Positions 1-9,831 are shown, counted from the stretch's first letter. The stretch: DNA of 64,000 nt from Longimicrobiales bacterium (GCA_965248195.1 CBDFIQ010000002.1:2208001-2272000), one strand, 5' to 3'. The notes: generated by a model not told the origin, from the letters alone. Numbers and translations: made by a program.

Positions 1-1
1 G

Positions 2-268
2 CAGCTCACCGTGCTCGTACCGCAGCCCGACGTGAACTATTCGTTCGGAGGTATGCTCCCGCGCGGCAGTGGCATCGTCTTTGGCCACGTGCGTCAGCCC
101 GGGGTCTCCTCGCTCGCCGTCGACGAGGAGGAGCAAACTCGAGTCATGGAGAACGCCATCAGAGCCTTCAGCGGAATGCGCCCGCCGGACCTCCGCTCGC
201 CGCTGACCGCGTTCCGTCCGCCGCCTGACCTACCGCCTGTCGGGAGCTTCTTCGGTCTCGCTTCCTGA
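2..268 (+). CDS. 3' end of a probable FAD-dependent oxidoreductase (D-amino-acid oxidase-like); partial, starts before the window
   Basis: Frame is open from base 2. QLTVLVPQPDVNY...MLPRGSGIVFG resembles the C-terminal half of bacterial DAO-like oxidoreductases. Confidence 0.45.
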   Translation, partial: QLTVLVPQPDVNYSFGGMLPRGSGIVFGHVRQPGVSSLAVDEEEQTRVMENAIRAFSGMRPPDLRSPLTAFRPPPDLPPVGSFFGLAS

Positions 269-394
269 GGGAGGCTGACGGGGGAGTCGGGCGAGGGCCA
301 GCCGTTGCTGCGCGACGTCCCACTCCGCTTCGATCATGTAGGGAAGATTCATGCTGACCGGAACGAAGCGAGCGGCACCTGCGTATCCAGGGAT

Positions 395-2107
395 GTGATC
401 AAATGTCCGCCAGCCTCTGCGCGGCTGCCGTCAGGTGCGGTGTTGTCGGTCCTGGCGCTGGTCCTCGCCGCGTGCGGCCGAAGCGCCGCCTCTGATCCTC
501 TTGCCGAGGTGACGTACGCCGAGCACATCGCCCCGGTGCTCTATGAGGAATGCGTCGGGTGCCATCGGCCAGGAGGCAGTGCGCCGTTCAGTCTCGTTAC
601 GTACGACAACGCCAGCGAGCGCGCCGAGGGGATCGCTAGCGCGACGGCCGCCAAGGTGATGCCTCCGTGGCTCCCCGAATCGGACGGCGAGTTCGTGGGG
701 GAACGCCGCCTCACCGACGATGAAATCGCGCTCTTCCAGCGCTGGGTGGAGGACGGGGCTCCTCGAGGCGACCTGACGGCGGCCCCGTCGCCCCCGCCCC
801 CGCCGACCGGTTGGCAACTGGGCGAGCCGGACCTCGTCGTCGACTTTCCCGTCCACACGCTCCAGGAGGAAGGGCGGGACGTCTTCCGGAACATAGTCGT
901 CGGCGTCCCGATCGATCGCCCACGGTACGTATCGGCGGTTGAGCTGCGACCCGGCGACCCCCGAGTGGTCCACCACGCTTTGATGGGGGTGGATACTACG
1001 GATTCGTCGCAGATGTTGGACGTCCGAGACGACGCTCCCGGCTTCGACGGCATGGAGCTGGGCAGCAACGCCGGGTTCCCAGACGGCCACTTGCTGGGGT
1101 GGACGCCGGGGAAGGGGGCGCGCCCTCCGCTCGAGAACATGGCTTGGCGCCTAGAGCCGGGCACCGACCTCGTGCTGAACCTGCACTTGCGCCCGACGGG
1201 GAAGGAGGAGCGCGTCGAGTCGCAGGTCGCCTTCTATTTCACGGAGACGCCGCCCGAAGAGCGCCCGGTGCTCATAGTGCTCGAGTCGCCGATGATCGAC
1301 ATCCTGCCCGGTGAGCCCGACTACCGAGTCACGAACAGCTACGAGCTGCCCGTGGGTGTCGACCTGTTGAGCATCTACCCACACGCGCACTACCTCGGCA
1401 AGGACCTTCGCGGATACGCGACCCTCCCCGATGGTTCGGTCAGACAGCTCATTCGCATCCCGAACTGGGACTTCAATTGGCAAGATGAATACCGGTTCGC
1501 CGAGCCCGTGCGGATGCCGGCAGGCACGGTCCTGACCCTGGACTTCACGTTCGATAATTCGGCCGACAACCCTCACAACCCGAGCGACCCGCCCCATCGC
1601 GTCGTCTACGGCTTGAATTCGACGGACGAGATGGCCCAGCTGATCCTCCAATTGCTTCCTCACGACGCGTCGGACCGGGCGACCCTCATCGCTCACGCGG
1701 CATGGCAGCACGAGATCGAGGCCATGTCCTACATGGCTGTCCAGGAAATCCAGAAGGGCAATCAGAGCCTTGATGACGGACACCCGGATCAAGCGATCTT
1801 TCACTACCGCGAGGCCATGCAGTACCAGATCGACCACGCCGAGGCTCTCACCGGGCTCACTCGTGCCTTCTTGATCAAGAGCGACTTCGAGTCGGCTCGC
1901 CTCGTGGGTGAGAGGGCCACTGAGGTCACGCAGGGTCGAGACCCCATGGCGTTGAGCGCGCTTGCCGAGGCGTATGCTGGTGTTCGGGACGGCAGGGCGG
2001 TGTCCACCGCAGAGGAGGCGCTGCGCCTCGCGCGCGGACTGGGGCGCACCGCGCTAGCGGATTCCATCGAGGCTCGACTGCCCGACTACCGCACGTTCAG
2101 GCGGTAG
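395..2107 (+). CDS. Lipoprotein: c-type haem (CxxCH) + copper type II (PHM/DBH-like) monooxygenase domains + C-terminal TPRs
   Basis: Lipobox LAAC; CVGCH; VVHH, LHL, YPHAH and DEM copper-ligand motifs; NWDFNWQ; helical TPR-like tail. Start uncertain (ORF open from 305). Confidence 0.75.
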   Translation: MIKCPPASARLPSGAVLSVLALVLAACGRSAASDPLAEVTYAEHIAPVLYEECVGCHRPGGSAPFSLVTYDNASERAEGIASATAAKVMPPWLPESDGEFVGERRLTDDEIALFQRWVEDGAPRGDLTAAPSPPPPPTGWQLGEPDLVVDFPVHTLQEEGRDVFRNIVVGVPIDRPRYVSAVELRPGDPRVVHHALMGVDTTDSSQMLDVRDDAPGFDGMELGSNAGFPDGHLLGWTPGKGARPPLENMAWRLEPGTDLVLNLHLRPTGKEERVESQVAFYFTETPPEERPVLIVLESPMIDILPGEPDYRVTNSYELPVGVDLLSIYPHAHYLGKDLRGYATLPDGSVRQLIRIPNWDFNWQDEYRFAEPVRMPAGTVLTLDFTFDNSADNPHNPSDPPHRVVYGLNSTDEMAQLILQLLPHDASDRATLIAHAAWQHEIEAMSYMAVQEIQKGNQSLDDGHPDQAIFHYREAMQYQIDHAEALTGLTRAFLIKSDFESARLVGERATEVTQGRDPMALSALAEAYAGVRDGRAVSTAEEALRLARGLGRTALADSIEARLPDYRTFRR

Positions 2108-2231
2108 CCGATTCTCTGCAGGTAGTTCTTCTCCCGCGTTGAGAAAGAACGCGGCGTGATAGAGGCGGTCTATATGCCGGCCGCAGCTTCTTCGAACATC
2201 GGGTGCACGTGCATGTGCCCTTCAGCAGTTT

Positions 2232-3386
2232 TCAGGGAAGCCAAAGAACCGGGTTCGGGAAGAACTGGGAGAATGCGAACCAGAACGACACGTACCCCTC
2301 GGCGATCGTCCGGAGCTGGTCACCCGCCAATAGGCCGGAGAGCCCCTTCCCCTCTATACTCCACTGAGTCCCCGTCTCCACATCCACGAAGGCGCCGTTC
2401 CTCACCTCAAAGGTCAGATCACGGGTGGGGGTCCCCGGCGTAAACGCCATCGCCGCGGCCGCCCCGCCGTCCCAGAACACGACGACCGGGTCTACCCCGC
2501 CCTGTCCCCCATTGCCGTCGCCGAGGATCGTATGGACCACCGTAAGATCGCCGACGGCGGCGTCACGGAGGGCACCGAAGGGGAAGGCGATTCCTCCCTG
2601 ACCATCGACGAACGGAATCCCCAGTATCCGCTCCTTCGGAGGTCTCCGCAAATCAAGGTTCTCGAGGGAGGCTAACGTGAGGTAGTTGCCCTCCACTTCA
2701 TAGTCCCCATACGGATAGCGTGTGTAGTCCCTGTCGAACTTGGTGGCCCCGCTCAAGAGCCGCGTGTCCGGGTGGAGCGCCAACCAGTCTTCCCACTCGA
2801 TCTCGATGGCCGCAACCATCGTCAGCTTTTCCCCTTCCGAGGGGCCGCAGAACCCTCCGGCCAACATCTGCGGCCACAGTGAGTCGTCCTCGGAAAAAGC
2901 GGTCTCGACGACGGGGCGGCCGTACATCACCAGATTGTTGTTGAAGAGGAGCCCGGATACCCCGAACTCGACACCCTCGCCACCCCGGCGCTGAAAGACC
3001 ATGCTGGACCCGGTGAGCGGGCAGTAGGTGACCGCCAGACCGAGCTCGTTCATATTCGCGATCTCATGCCACCAGAGGATGTTATGCGGAAAGGCCAAGT
3101 ACTCGCCGTTGATTTCGAGCCCGATCACCCGATCCGTGGGGAGCAGGAAGTCGATCAAGGGGCTATCCGGGCCGACCAAGTCAGGGTCCGTAAGCGCTGG
3201 AATTCCGTCCCTCGCAGACCCCGAGATGAGACTCAGCTGAAGTTCCTGGCACAGCGCGGTAAGCTGGGGCTCTTCTCCCCCACCCCCAGACGGCTGCACC
3301 CCATCGGAGCACGCCGCTACGGCTACCGTGACCAAAGCCAGGCCGGAGCAGAGGAAGGAAACTCTTTCGAACCTTTGTTTTTCCAT
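2232..3386 (-). CDS. DUF3179-family lipoprotein
   Basis: Lipobox VAAC; RDGIPALTDP, WHEIAN, TYCPLTGS, FGVSGLLFNNNLVMY and C-terminal FWFAF motifs. Confidence 0.8.
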   Translation of the reverse strand: MEKQRFERVSFLCSGLALVTVAVAACSDGVQPSGGGGEEPQLTALCQELQLSLISGSARDGIPALTDPDLVGPDSPLIDFLLPTDRVIGLEINGEYLAFPHNILWWHEIANMNELGLAVTYCPLTGSSMVFQRRGGEGVEFGVSGLLFNNNLVMYGRPVVETAFSEDDSLWPQMLAGGFCGPSEGEKLTMVAAIEIEWEDWLALHPDTRLLSGATKFDRDYTRYPYGDYEVEGNYLTLASLENLDLRRPPKERILGIPFVDGQGGIAFPFGALRDAAVGDLTVVHTILGDGNGGQGGVDPVVVFWDGGAAAAMAFTPGTPTRDLTFEVRNGAFVDVETGTQWSIEGKGLSGLLAGDQLRTIAEGYVSFWFAFSQFFPNPVLWLP

Positions 3387-3630
3387 ATTTGGACCCCCTG
3401 AGCCGCCCAGACAACGCTCTCTTTCAAGTCCATCGCGCGGCGCACGCATGCAGAATGCTCCGATCTGTTGGCCGAACTCATACCCCGCCTGAACAGTTCC
3501 CCCGCGCAAGCAAACCCGCAAGGCAGGGTTGGGGAACAACGAATGACATCGGTATCTTGTTGGGGAGCCCGCCCTTCAGACGCCGCGCGAGCCGATCACT
3601 CTGAGAACAGATGCTACAATGAAGTCTTGT

Positions 3631-3886
3631 GTAGACCGAGGTCAACGGGTGGCCGCCGTGAACCGCGAGCTCAGGAGTTCGCTCATCACGTTCCCATCGG
3701 ACGGCCGCCTGCCGGCGCGGACGCCCGATGCCCGAATTCACGATCGACAATCCGGCGACCTACACCGAGCCCTAGGGAGCCAAGATCTCGATGAAGGCGA
3801 TGGACGACCAACTTTTCGAGTCCGCGTGGCATGAAGGTAATTACTCCCTGTCGAACGTACTGAGTGACGCGCGGTATCAAAAGTGA
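3631..3886 (+). pseudogene. Collapsed remnant of the conserved exported hypothetical family that usually accompanies DUF6152
   Basis: RSSLITFPSDGRLPA is joined out of frame to EFTIDNPATYTEP*GAK...LFESAWHEGNYSLSNVLS, with an internal TAG and a large internal deletion relative to the family as I recall it. Confidence 0.65.
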
Positions 3887-3969
3887 GTGGAAGCGGCAGG
3901 AAGCCGGGTTGAGCCAAGGTGAAAAAAAGAGAGTGGAGGCAGAAGAAGCCGGCACTGAGCCGAGGTGAA

Positions 3970-4434
3970 ATGATGAGAACTAGAAAATTGATCTACGGGG
4001 CTTTGACGTTCGCGGCTGTCGCCCTTTTGGCCTATGCGGCCCCCGTGGTAGGCCACCACGCATTTGGGGCGGAGTTCGACGTAGATGCCCCGATTCGCCT
4101 CGAGGGCCCCATCGTGAGGGTCGAGTGGGTGAATCCGCATTCGTGGATTCACATGGAGGTGACGAACGAGGACGGTACGAAACGAGTCTGGATGGTCGAG
4201 GCAGCCACACCGAACGTCCTTCTGTACCGAGGGCTCCGCCGAGAATATCTGACGATCGGCTCCGTGTTGATCGTCGACGGGTATCAGGCGAAGGACCACT
4301 CTCTCCCTCGGGCCAATGGCCGTGACCTTACGTTCACCGACGGCACGAAGTTCTTCTTGGGATCGGAAGGTATCGGCGCTCTGGAGGACGGTGCCGAGCG
4401 CAGGTCCCTCGCGGGCGGTCGCGGGAGGTACTGA
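3970..4434 (+). CDS. DUF6152-family exported protein
   Basis: Signal peptide, then HHAFGAEFD...VEWVNPHSWI...WMVE; GAGG RBS upstream. Confidence 0.85.
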   Translation: MMRTRKLIYGALTFAAVALLAYAAPVVGHHAFGAEFDVDAPIRLEGPIVRVEWVNPHSWIHMEVTNEDGTKRVWMVEAATPNVLLYRGLRREYLTIGSVLIVDGYQAKDHSLPRANGRDLTFTDGTKFFLGSEGIGALEDGAERRSLAGGRGRY

Positions 4435-4478
4435 GGGGGCAAGCTGCGGGAGGCAGGATTATCCCGCGTCTTGCTCAG

Positions 4479-4715
4479 GTGCTTTTGGCGCCCTGTCTTG
4501 CAGGCGTCGCGGTTGCGCTCTATTCACCCGCGGCGACGCAGGCTCCATCCAGCGCTTCCGGGCAGTGGGTCGTGTCTCGGATGCCCGATGGCCGACCGGA
4601 CCTCCAGGGCAACTGGACCAACGTGACGGTCACGCCGATCCAGCGCCGGGAAAGACTGGGCCCGGTACTGACCCCGGACGGGTGGCGGCGATCGATGTGT
4701 TGTAGTACGCCTTGA
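4479..4715 (+). pseudogene. Truncated N-terminus of the same exported hypothetical family as 3631-3886
   Basis: Signal-like segment, then RMPDGRPDLQGNWTNVTVTPIQR, then an early stop. Confidence 0.6.
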
Positions 4716-4905
4716 CTAGCGAGCGAGAGGCCGGTACGCCGCCGTGGCTTGGAAGCCCGTTAACGGGGCAGAGGGCAGCACCGTCCCCGTCGGGGCTACT
4801 GGCGTATCCGTCCCGACAAGAGCAGGAACCACCCGCACGGCTGCGGAGTTTGTACCTCACACAAGCGAGCCAGAGGCGCGCTACCACTTAGAGAGGAGGA
4901 TGACG

Positions 4906-5388
4906 ATGAACAGGATATATGGAGCGACCGTCATGCTGGGCTTGGTCGCCTCGAGCGCGGTCTCGGTCGAAGCCGCTGAGCTGGGCGGCCCCGGAGACGA
5001 GGTCAGCAACGAGATAGTTGTAGTGAACGACTACGTCACGCGGGTCCGCGTCTACGTGGAGGATTCTGAAGGCTTTCTGCACCAGCTGGGTCGTGTGGGC
5101 CGGGGAGAAGTCAAGCGGTTCGAGGCCCCAGCAGACATCTTGGAGCGTGGCGACTTCCGGGTCAGGGTCCATTCGCTCGCCCCAGACTGGTGGTCTCTTC
5201 ACGTCGAGGCGCCAGCAGACATCTTGGAGCGCGACTTCCCGGTCAGGGTCCCTCCGCTCGCCCCGGACCGGTGGTCCGATCACGCAGGGATCAAGACCAG
5301 GGCGCTCAATGTCGAGGATGACGAGACGGTGATCATGTGGCTCAGGACAGACCTGACGCAGTCGGTGGTCGAAGTCCGCAAGGGCTGA
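4906..5388 (+). CDS. Small exported hypothetical protein with an internal 28-aa duplication
   Basis: GGAGG RBS at 4895-4899, signal peptide, EAPADILER...LAPDxWS present twice. Confidence 0.7.
   Translation: MNRIYGATVMLGLVASSAVSVEAAELGGPGDEVSNEIVVVNDYVTRVRVYVEDSEGFLHQLGRVGRGEVKRFEAPADILERGDFRVRVHSLAPDWWSLHVEAPADILERDFPVRVPPLAPDRWSDHAGIKTRALNVEDDETVIMWLRTDLTQSVVEVRKG
5120..5276 (+). repeat. Imperfect tandem duplication with 84-nt period inside the CDS
   Basis: 5120-5195 and 5204-5276 are near-identical. Confidence 0.9.
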
Positions 5389-5404
5389 ATTACCGTTCGC
5401 AGGA

Positions 5405-5462
5405 ATCGTAGGGCCGTAGGGCATCGTAGGGCCGTAGGGCATTGATGCCCTGCGGCGCCTAC
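5405..5462. repeat. 18-bp tandem repeat merging into a GTAG-initiated hairpin (REP-like or terminator)
   Basis: ATCGTAGGGCCGTAGGGC x2; stem GCCGTAGGGCAT / ATGCCCTGCGGC. Confidence 0.65.
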
Positions 5463-5640
5463 TATTACAGTGAAGAGTGAAGATCCAAGACACTCGGAGA
5501 TACCGAAAGGTAGCCCCCGGGGGCACCCGCAGGGGCACCGTGGAGCGTGGGGAACAGCGCACGTCAACGAACGAACGGCAGGGAACCGAGCCTGCGTGTG
5601 CGGGGTAGGAATTTCGCTGATTCTGCTGGAGATGGATGCA

Positions 5641-6387
5641 ATGCCACACCCCTCGATCCGACCCTGGGCTGGAGCGCTGGCTGCTCTGGGGCTTCTCCTC
5701 GCCAGCCAGCACGCCCTGGCCCTCACCGCCACCCCACAGCAGCCGCTGCCGGGAATGCAGAGGGAGGCAGCTCCCCTCCAGGGTATCGTCGTCCACGAGT
5801 CGAACGGCCAGCCCATTGAATCGGCTACGGTCACGGTGCTCGGCACGGACATCGAGACCCAGACCGGGAGATACGGCGACTTCGCGTTTCCCGACCTACA
5901 CTTCGGATTGATGTCGGTCCGTGTCACCGCACCGGGGCACCCCAGCCTCGTGCAGGAAGTCGAGATCAAGCGCGATGGGATCGTCTTCGTTCGCTTCGTT
6001 CTCCCTTCGGTCGCCGCCGTGCTCTCCGAGCTGCTGGTGGGGGTTTCCCGCGACGAACCGATGGCCGGCCTGCTCACCGCGGCGGACCTGCTCGCGATCG
6101 AAGTCCCCTCCGCGCGTGTGAGATCCGGCAACGCCGGAAAGACCGACTACGCGATCCGGCTGCGGGAGTCCGCCACCAGCTTCACGCAGAGCGTTGAGCC
6201 CCTCGTCTTCGTCGATGGCGTCATGATCTCGGGGCTCGGGCAGGCGTTCGAAGCCCTGAGCCAGATTTCGGCCTGGGACGTGGAAGACATCGAGGTTCTG
6301 CGGGGCCCTGTGGCTGCGTTCCTCTATCCAATGGCGGCGAACGGCGTCGTGCTGGTGAAGACGCGGTCGGGCCGCCACGGCCGGTAG
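5641..6387 (+). CDS. Carboxypeptidase-regulatory-like + TonB-dependent receptor plug domain protein, no beta-barrel
   Basis: Signal peptide; GQPIESATVTV; PLVFVDGV...DVEDIEVLRGP.AA.LY...AANGVVLVKTR; the protein ends right after the plug. Confidence 0.8.
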   Translation: MPHPSIRPWAGALAALGLLLASQHALALTATPQQPLPGMQREAAPLQGIVVHESNGQPIESATVTVLGTDIETQTGRYGDFAFPDLHFGLMSVRVTAPGHPSLVQEVEIKRDGIVFVRFVLPSVAAVLSELLVGVSRDEPMAGLLTAADLLAIEVPSARVRSGNAGKTDYAIRLRESATSFTQSVEPLVFVDGVMISGLGQAFEALSQISAWDVEDIEVLRGPVAAFLYPMAANGVVLVKTRSGRHGR

Positions 6388-6454
6388 AGCCACCAGTACC
6401 ACGAGAGGATCCGGACCGACCGTAGGGGCTACACGGCCGCCGCATACCGCCCGG

Positions 6455-6949
6455 CTAGTTGTTGAGAGCGCCCTGCTCGATCCAATTCCGGATGTTGGTC
6501 AGATCGATGCTATCGAGCGGTACGCCCCCTTGAGGCATGAGCCCTCCCACCCTCCGACGGTCCTCAAGGGCGATGACCAGGTAACTGTCCTGGGCATTGT
6601 TGGGCACGACCCGAATGAAGCCGGATTCTGCCTGTGCCGGCTTGTTCACGAGGTTGCCGAAGGCAGCCCCCGCTCGAAGATCCAGGCCCCCCCTACGGGC
6701 GTCACCATGGCAGCCCTGGGCCGTACAGCTCCGATCATCGAAGATTTCCTGGATGTCCGCGGAAAAGGACGGCTCCGCCTTAATGAAATGCGGACGACCG
6801 CCTCCGCCGCCGTTTCCCTCACCCCCGTCCGGTTGCGTAGGATTCCCGTCTCCCTCGCAAGCGGCCAGAAACAGAACCGCCGTCAGCCGTGCCAGCGTGC
6901 GCACCCGAGCCTTCGTCCAAGCTTTCCCAAAATCCACCGTCGGCCCCAT
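6455..6949 (-). CDS. Lipoprotein with a cytochrome c-like domain (CX4CH)
   Basis: Lipobox LAAC; SFSADIQEIF...CTAQGCHG; MPQGG candidate distal Met; IRNWIEQGA C-terminal helix. Confidence 0.7.
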   Translation of the reverse strand: MGPTVDFGKAWTKARVRTLARLTAVLFLAACEGDGNPTQPDGGEGNGGGGGRPHFIKAEPSFSADIQEIFDDRSCTAQGCHGDARRGGLDLRAGAAFGNLVNKPAQAESGFIRVVPNNAQDSYLVIALEDRRRVGGLMPQGGVPLDSIDLTNIRNWIEQGALNN

Positions 6950-7228
6950 CTCTCCCTCAGTTCGTAGCGTTGTCGTTTGCTTTCGCAACCAACCGGGGCT
7001 GGCGGGACAACCCCTGGCCCCGGTTGTCCGCGATCCCTCGTAGTGTCCCGCCCAGGGGAAGGTTCCCACAAATGAATGGGGGCGACCCGGACCCTCACCG
7101 GCGCACTGTCGTGGTATCGTCAGCCGGTTGGATTGTCTGCACGTCATGACGGGCTTCTGCTTGCGCCTACCGGCCCGCTCTCGGATGTTGACCTCGGGCT
7201 GATCCTCTCAAACCCAGGACGGAGGAGA

Positions 7229-7891
7229 ATGATGAAGACCCTTGGTGTCCTCTCGGTCCTTCTCCCTAGGGTCGTCCTCGCTAGTCTGTCCGCTGGAGAA
7301 GCCCAGGTGCGGCAGGTTCTTCAGCCCAGCGAGCTTTGCAGCGACCATTCCGACGCGGCCATCGCGACGTTCGAGGATGCGAACCTGGAAGCGCCGATTA
7401 GGGCTGCACTCTCGTTGGGTGAGCAGGATGATCTTACCTGCGGCTTGGTATCGGGGCTGACGGTGTTAGGTGCTCGCTCCGCTGGGATCGGGAGCCTGGT
7501 GGGGATCCAGAATCTCACGAGCCTGAGGCGGCTCGAACTGAACAACAACTCTATCACCGACATCAGCGCACTGAGCGGGCTCACGAGGCTTCAGTTCCTC
7601 TTCCTCGCGAACACCTCCATCACCGACATCAGCGCGCTGGGCGGGCTCACGAGCCTCACGCAGCTCTGGCTCTTCGAGAATTCGATCAGCGACTTCAGCG
7701 CACTGAGTGGGCTCACGAGCCTGACGCAACTCTTCCTCAACAACAACCCGACCACCGACATTCAGCCTCTCCTGGACAACACAGGGCTCGGACGGGGCGA
7801 TCAGGTCTTTCTCATGAACACGAACGTGAGTTGCACGGACGTGGCTGCGCTGGAAGCCAGGGGAGTTTTTGTGGACTCTGGCTGCCCGTGA
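7229..7891 (+). CDS. Exported internalin-like leucine-rich-repeat protein
   Basis: GGAGG RBS; FEDANLE cap; four to five 22-aa repeats LTxLxxLxLxxNxITDISAL (66-nt DNA period). Confidence 0.85.
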   Translation: MMKTLGVLSVLLPRVVLASLSAGEAQVRQVLQPSELCSDHSDAAIATFEDANLEAPIRAALSLGEQDDLTCGLVSGLTVLGARSAGIGSLVGIQNLTSLRRLELNNNSITDISALSGLTRLQFLFLANTSITDISALGGLTSLTQLWLFENSISDFSALSGLTSLTQLFLNNNPTTDIQPLLDNTGLGRGDQVFLMNTNVSCTDVAALEARGVFVDSGCP

Positions 7892-8187
7892 CCAAAGCCC
7901 ATTAGAGAGACGGCCAATTCCCCCACCTGATCACTGAGGTCGATCTCCAGTGAAGCCGAGGCATGGGGACCTGTCAATTCTGGAGTCGCGGCCGTCTCCC
8001 CGCCCGCAGGATCGCTCCGAGTCAGCTAAGCGGTGACAAATGACCTGTGAGAAACCCACCGTCTTGAAAGATGAGACGCCGCGCAGAGGAGCTTCAGAAC
8101 GTGGTCTTCGACATCCAAGAGCGGGCCGATAGGATCGCCTACGGAGAGAGGAGCCGGTCGGCGAACGCTCGGGGCCGCACTCACCCG

Positions 8188-9831
8188 TTACCGGACAAGC
8201 GGAGGAACGCTGGCGGGTGGACGCCGGTGCATGGTTGCTTGTTCGTAGGAGTAGGCCAGCTTGATGAGCGTCGGCTCGCTGAACGGTCTGCCGAGAAACT
8301 CGACGCTCACGGGTAGGCCCTCGGTCGTAAAACCTGCGGGGACGACGATGGCGGGGAACCCTGTCATCGAGCTGAGAATGTGTCCCCCAGGACCGCGTTC
8401 TCCGATTCGCGGGGCTGGCTCTGTTTTCATCGGATACACGAGGGCGTCCAAATCCTGGTCGGACATGAGCTGGACGACGACGTTCCGCAACGCTTGGTGT
8501 CTCAAGAGGCGCTCGAGATACTCCTCGTCATTCAAGGAAGCGAATTGCTCGGTCGCACGAAAATTGCGTTCGAGACGTGGAAGGAATTCACCCGACTCGA
8601 TGAGATCAGTCAGCGATTTGATCGGAGCGTCGTAATCTGGACGATTGAGATACTCGTTGATCGAAGTCCGAAACTCGTATGTGTTCGTTCGCGCATCGGA
8701 GAGAATTCCGACGAGATCGATCTCCACCCCCTGGTATTGATCCACGTACGCCGGATCGAACCGCGGAAGCATTTCGCTGAGCAGGGAATCGAACGGAACG
8801 GAATCCACGATGAACGCCCCTTGCCCCTTGAGCTCCGACACAGCGGCGCTCACCAGCAGTGACGTTTCCGTGTGATCGGGGCCGAAGAGCTCCCGAACCA
8901 CGCCGATGCGAGCCCCTTGGAGTCCGTCTGCCCGGAGAAATTCCGTATACGATGGCGGAATTTCGCCCACGCCCCACGCCGTGGAGATGTCCCTTGGGTC
9001 GTATCCTGCGATGGCGTCTAGGACGATCGCGGCGTCTGCCACCGTACGCGTCATGGGTCCGGCTCGGTCCTGCGTGAACGAGATCGGGACGATGCCGTAG
9101 CGGCTGACTACTCCCCGGGTCGGCGCGATCCCGACCAGGTTGTTGTTCGTGGAGGGATTGCGAATCGAGGTTCCGGTCTCCTCACCCATCCCGACGGTAG
9201 CGAAGTTCGACGCTACGGCAGCTCCCGTGCCGCCGCTCGAACCCCCGGGTATATGATCGAGAGCGTACGGATTCCGGGTCTGTCCCCCCAGCGAGCTTAA
9301 TCCTGTGCTCCCACTGCTGAATTCGTCCAGATTCGCTTTTCCCAGGATGATCGCGCCCGCTTGCCGCAGGCGTCGTACCACGAAGGCGTCCTCCGGCGGA
9401 ACGACCCCTTGCAACGAGATGGAACCCGCAGTGGTCGGCATATCCGTCGTGTCGTAGCTGTCCTTCACAATTACCGGGATGCAGTGCATCGGCCCCGTGA
9501 GGCCGGATCGGGAGAACTCGGCGTCCAGCTCTTCGGCGGTCCGGAGCGCACGCGGGTTGAGTGTGATGATCGCGTTGATTGCCGCACCTTGCTTGTCATA
9601 GGCTTCAATCCGGGCCAGGTACATCTCGACCAACGAAAGACAGTCGACGTCACCGGAGCGCATGGCCTCGTGAATTCTCTCGATCGTCGCTTCTTCGAGG
9701 ACGAACGGTTCCGGAGCCTGAGAAAGGTCGCACGAGGGGAGCGCGACGAGAGGCAGGAACAGAAGAAGTGCGGCTGGGAAGTGCCATGCGGTCGGAGAAG
9801 GTCTCCAGCCGCCTCGGCGCCCCATTTTCAC
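8188..9831 (-). CDS. Amidase-signature family enzyme, probable lipoprotein
   Basis: IVKD (Lys), GGSSGG (cis-Ser), ETGTSIRNP (nucleophile Ser); hydrophobic N-terminus ending LPSC. Confidence 0.9.
   Translation of the reverse strand: MKMGRRGGWRPSPTAWHFPAALLLFLPLVALPSCDLSQAPEPFVLEEATIERIHEAMRSGDVDCLSLVEMYLARIEAYDKQGAAINAIITLNPRALRTAEELDAEFSRSGLTGPMHCIPVIVKDSYDTTDMPTTAGSISLQGVVPPEDAFVVRRLRQAGAIILGKANLDEFSSGSTGLSSLGGQTRNPYALDHIPGGSSGGTGAAVASNFATVGMGEETGTSIRNPSTNNNLVGIAPTRGVVSRYGIVPISFTQDRAGPMTRTVADAAIVLDAIAGYDPRDISTAWGVGEIPPSYTEFLRADGLQGARIGVVRELFGPDHTETSLLVSAAVSELKGQGAFIVDSVPFDSLLSEMLPRFDPAYVDQYQGVEIDLVGILSDARTNTYEFRTSINEYLNRPDYDAPIKSLTDLIESGEFLPRLERNFRATEQFASLNDEEYLERLLRHQALRNVVVQLMSDQDLDALVYPMKTEPAPRIGERGPGGHILSSMTGFPAIVVPAGFTTEGLPVSVEFLGRPFSEPTLIKLAYSYEQATMHRRPPASVPPLVR

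Noticed and set aside
2232..3386. Selenocysteine in the DUF3179 protein
   Set aside because: There is no in-frame TGA; the motif reads TYCPLT.
7500..7770. 66-nt periodic repeats as a CRISPR array
   Set aside because: They are in-frame LRR coding repeats with no unique spacers and no cas genes.
7905..8000. Possible IS end (AATTCCCCCACCTGATCA; TGTCAATTC)
   Set aside because: Only a vague resemblance to IS21-type ends, with no partner repeat or transposase.
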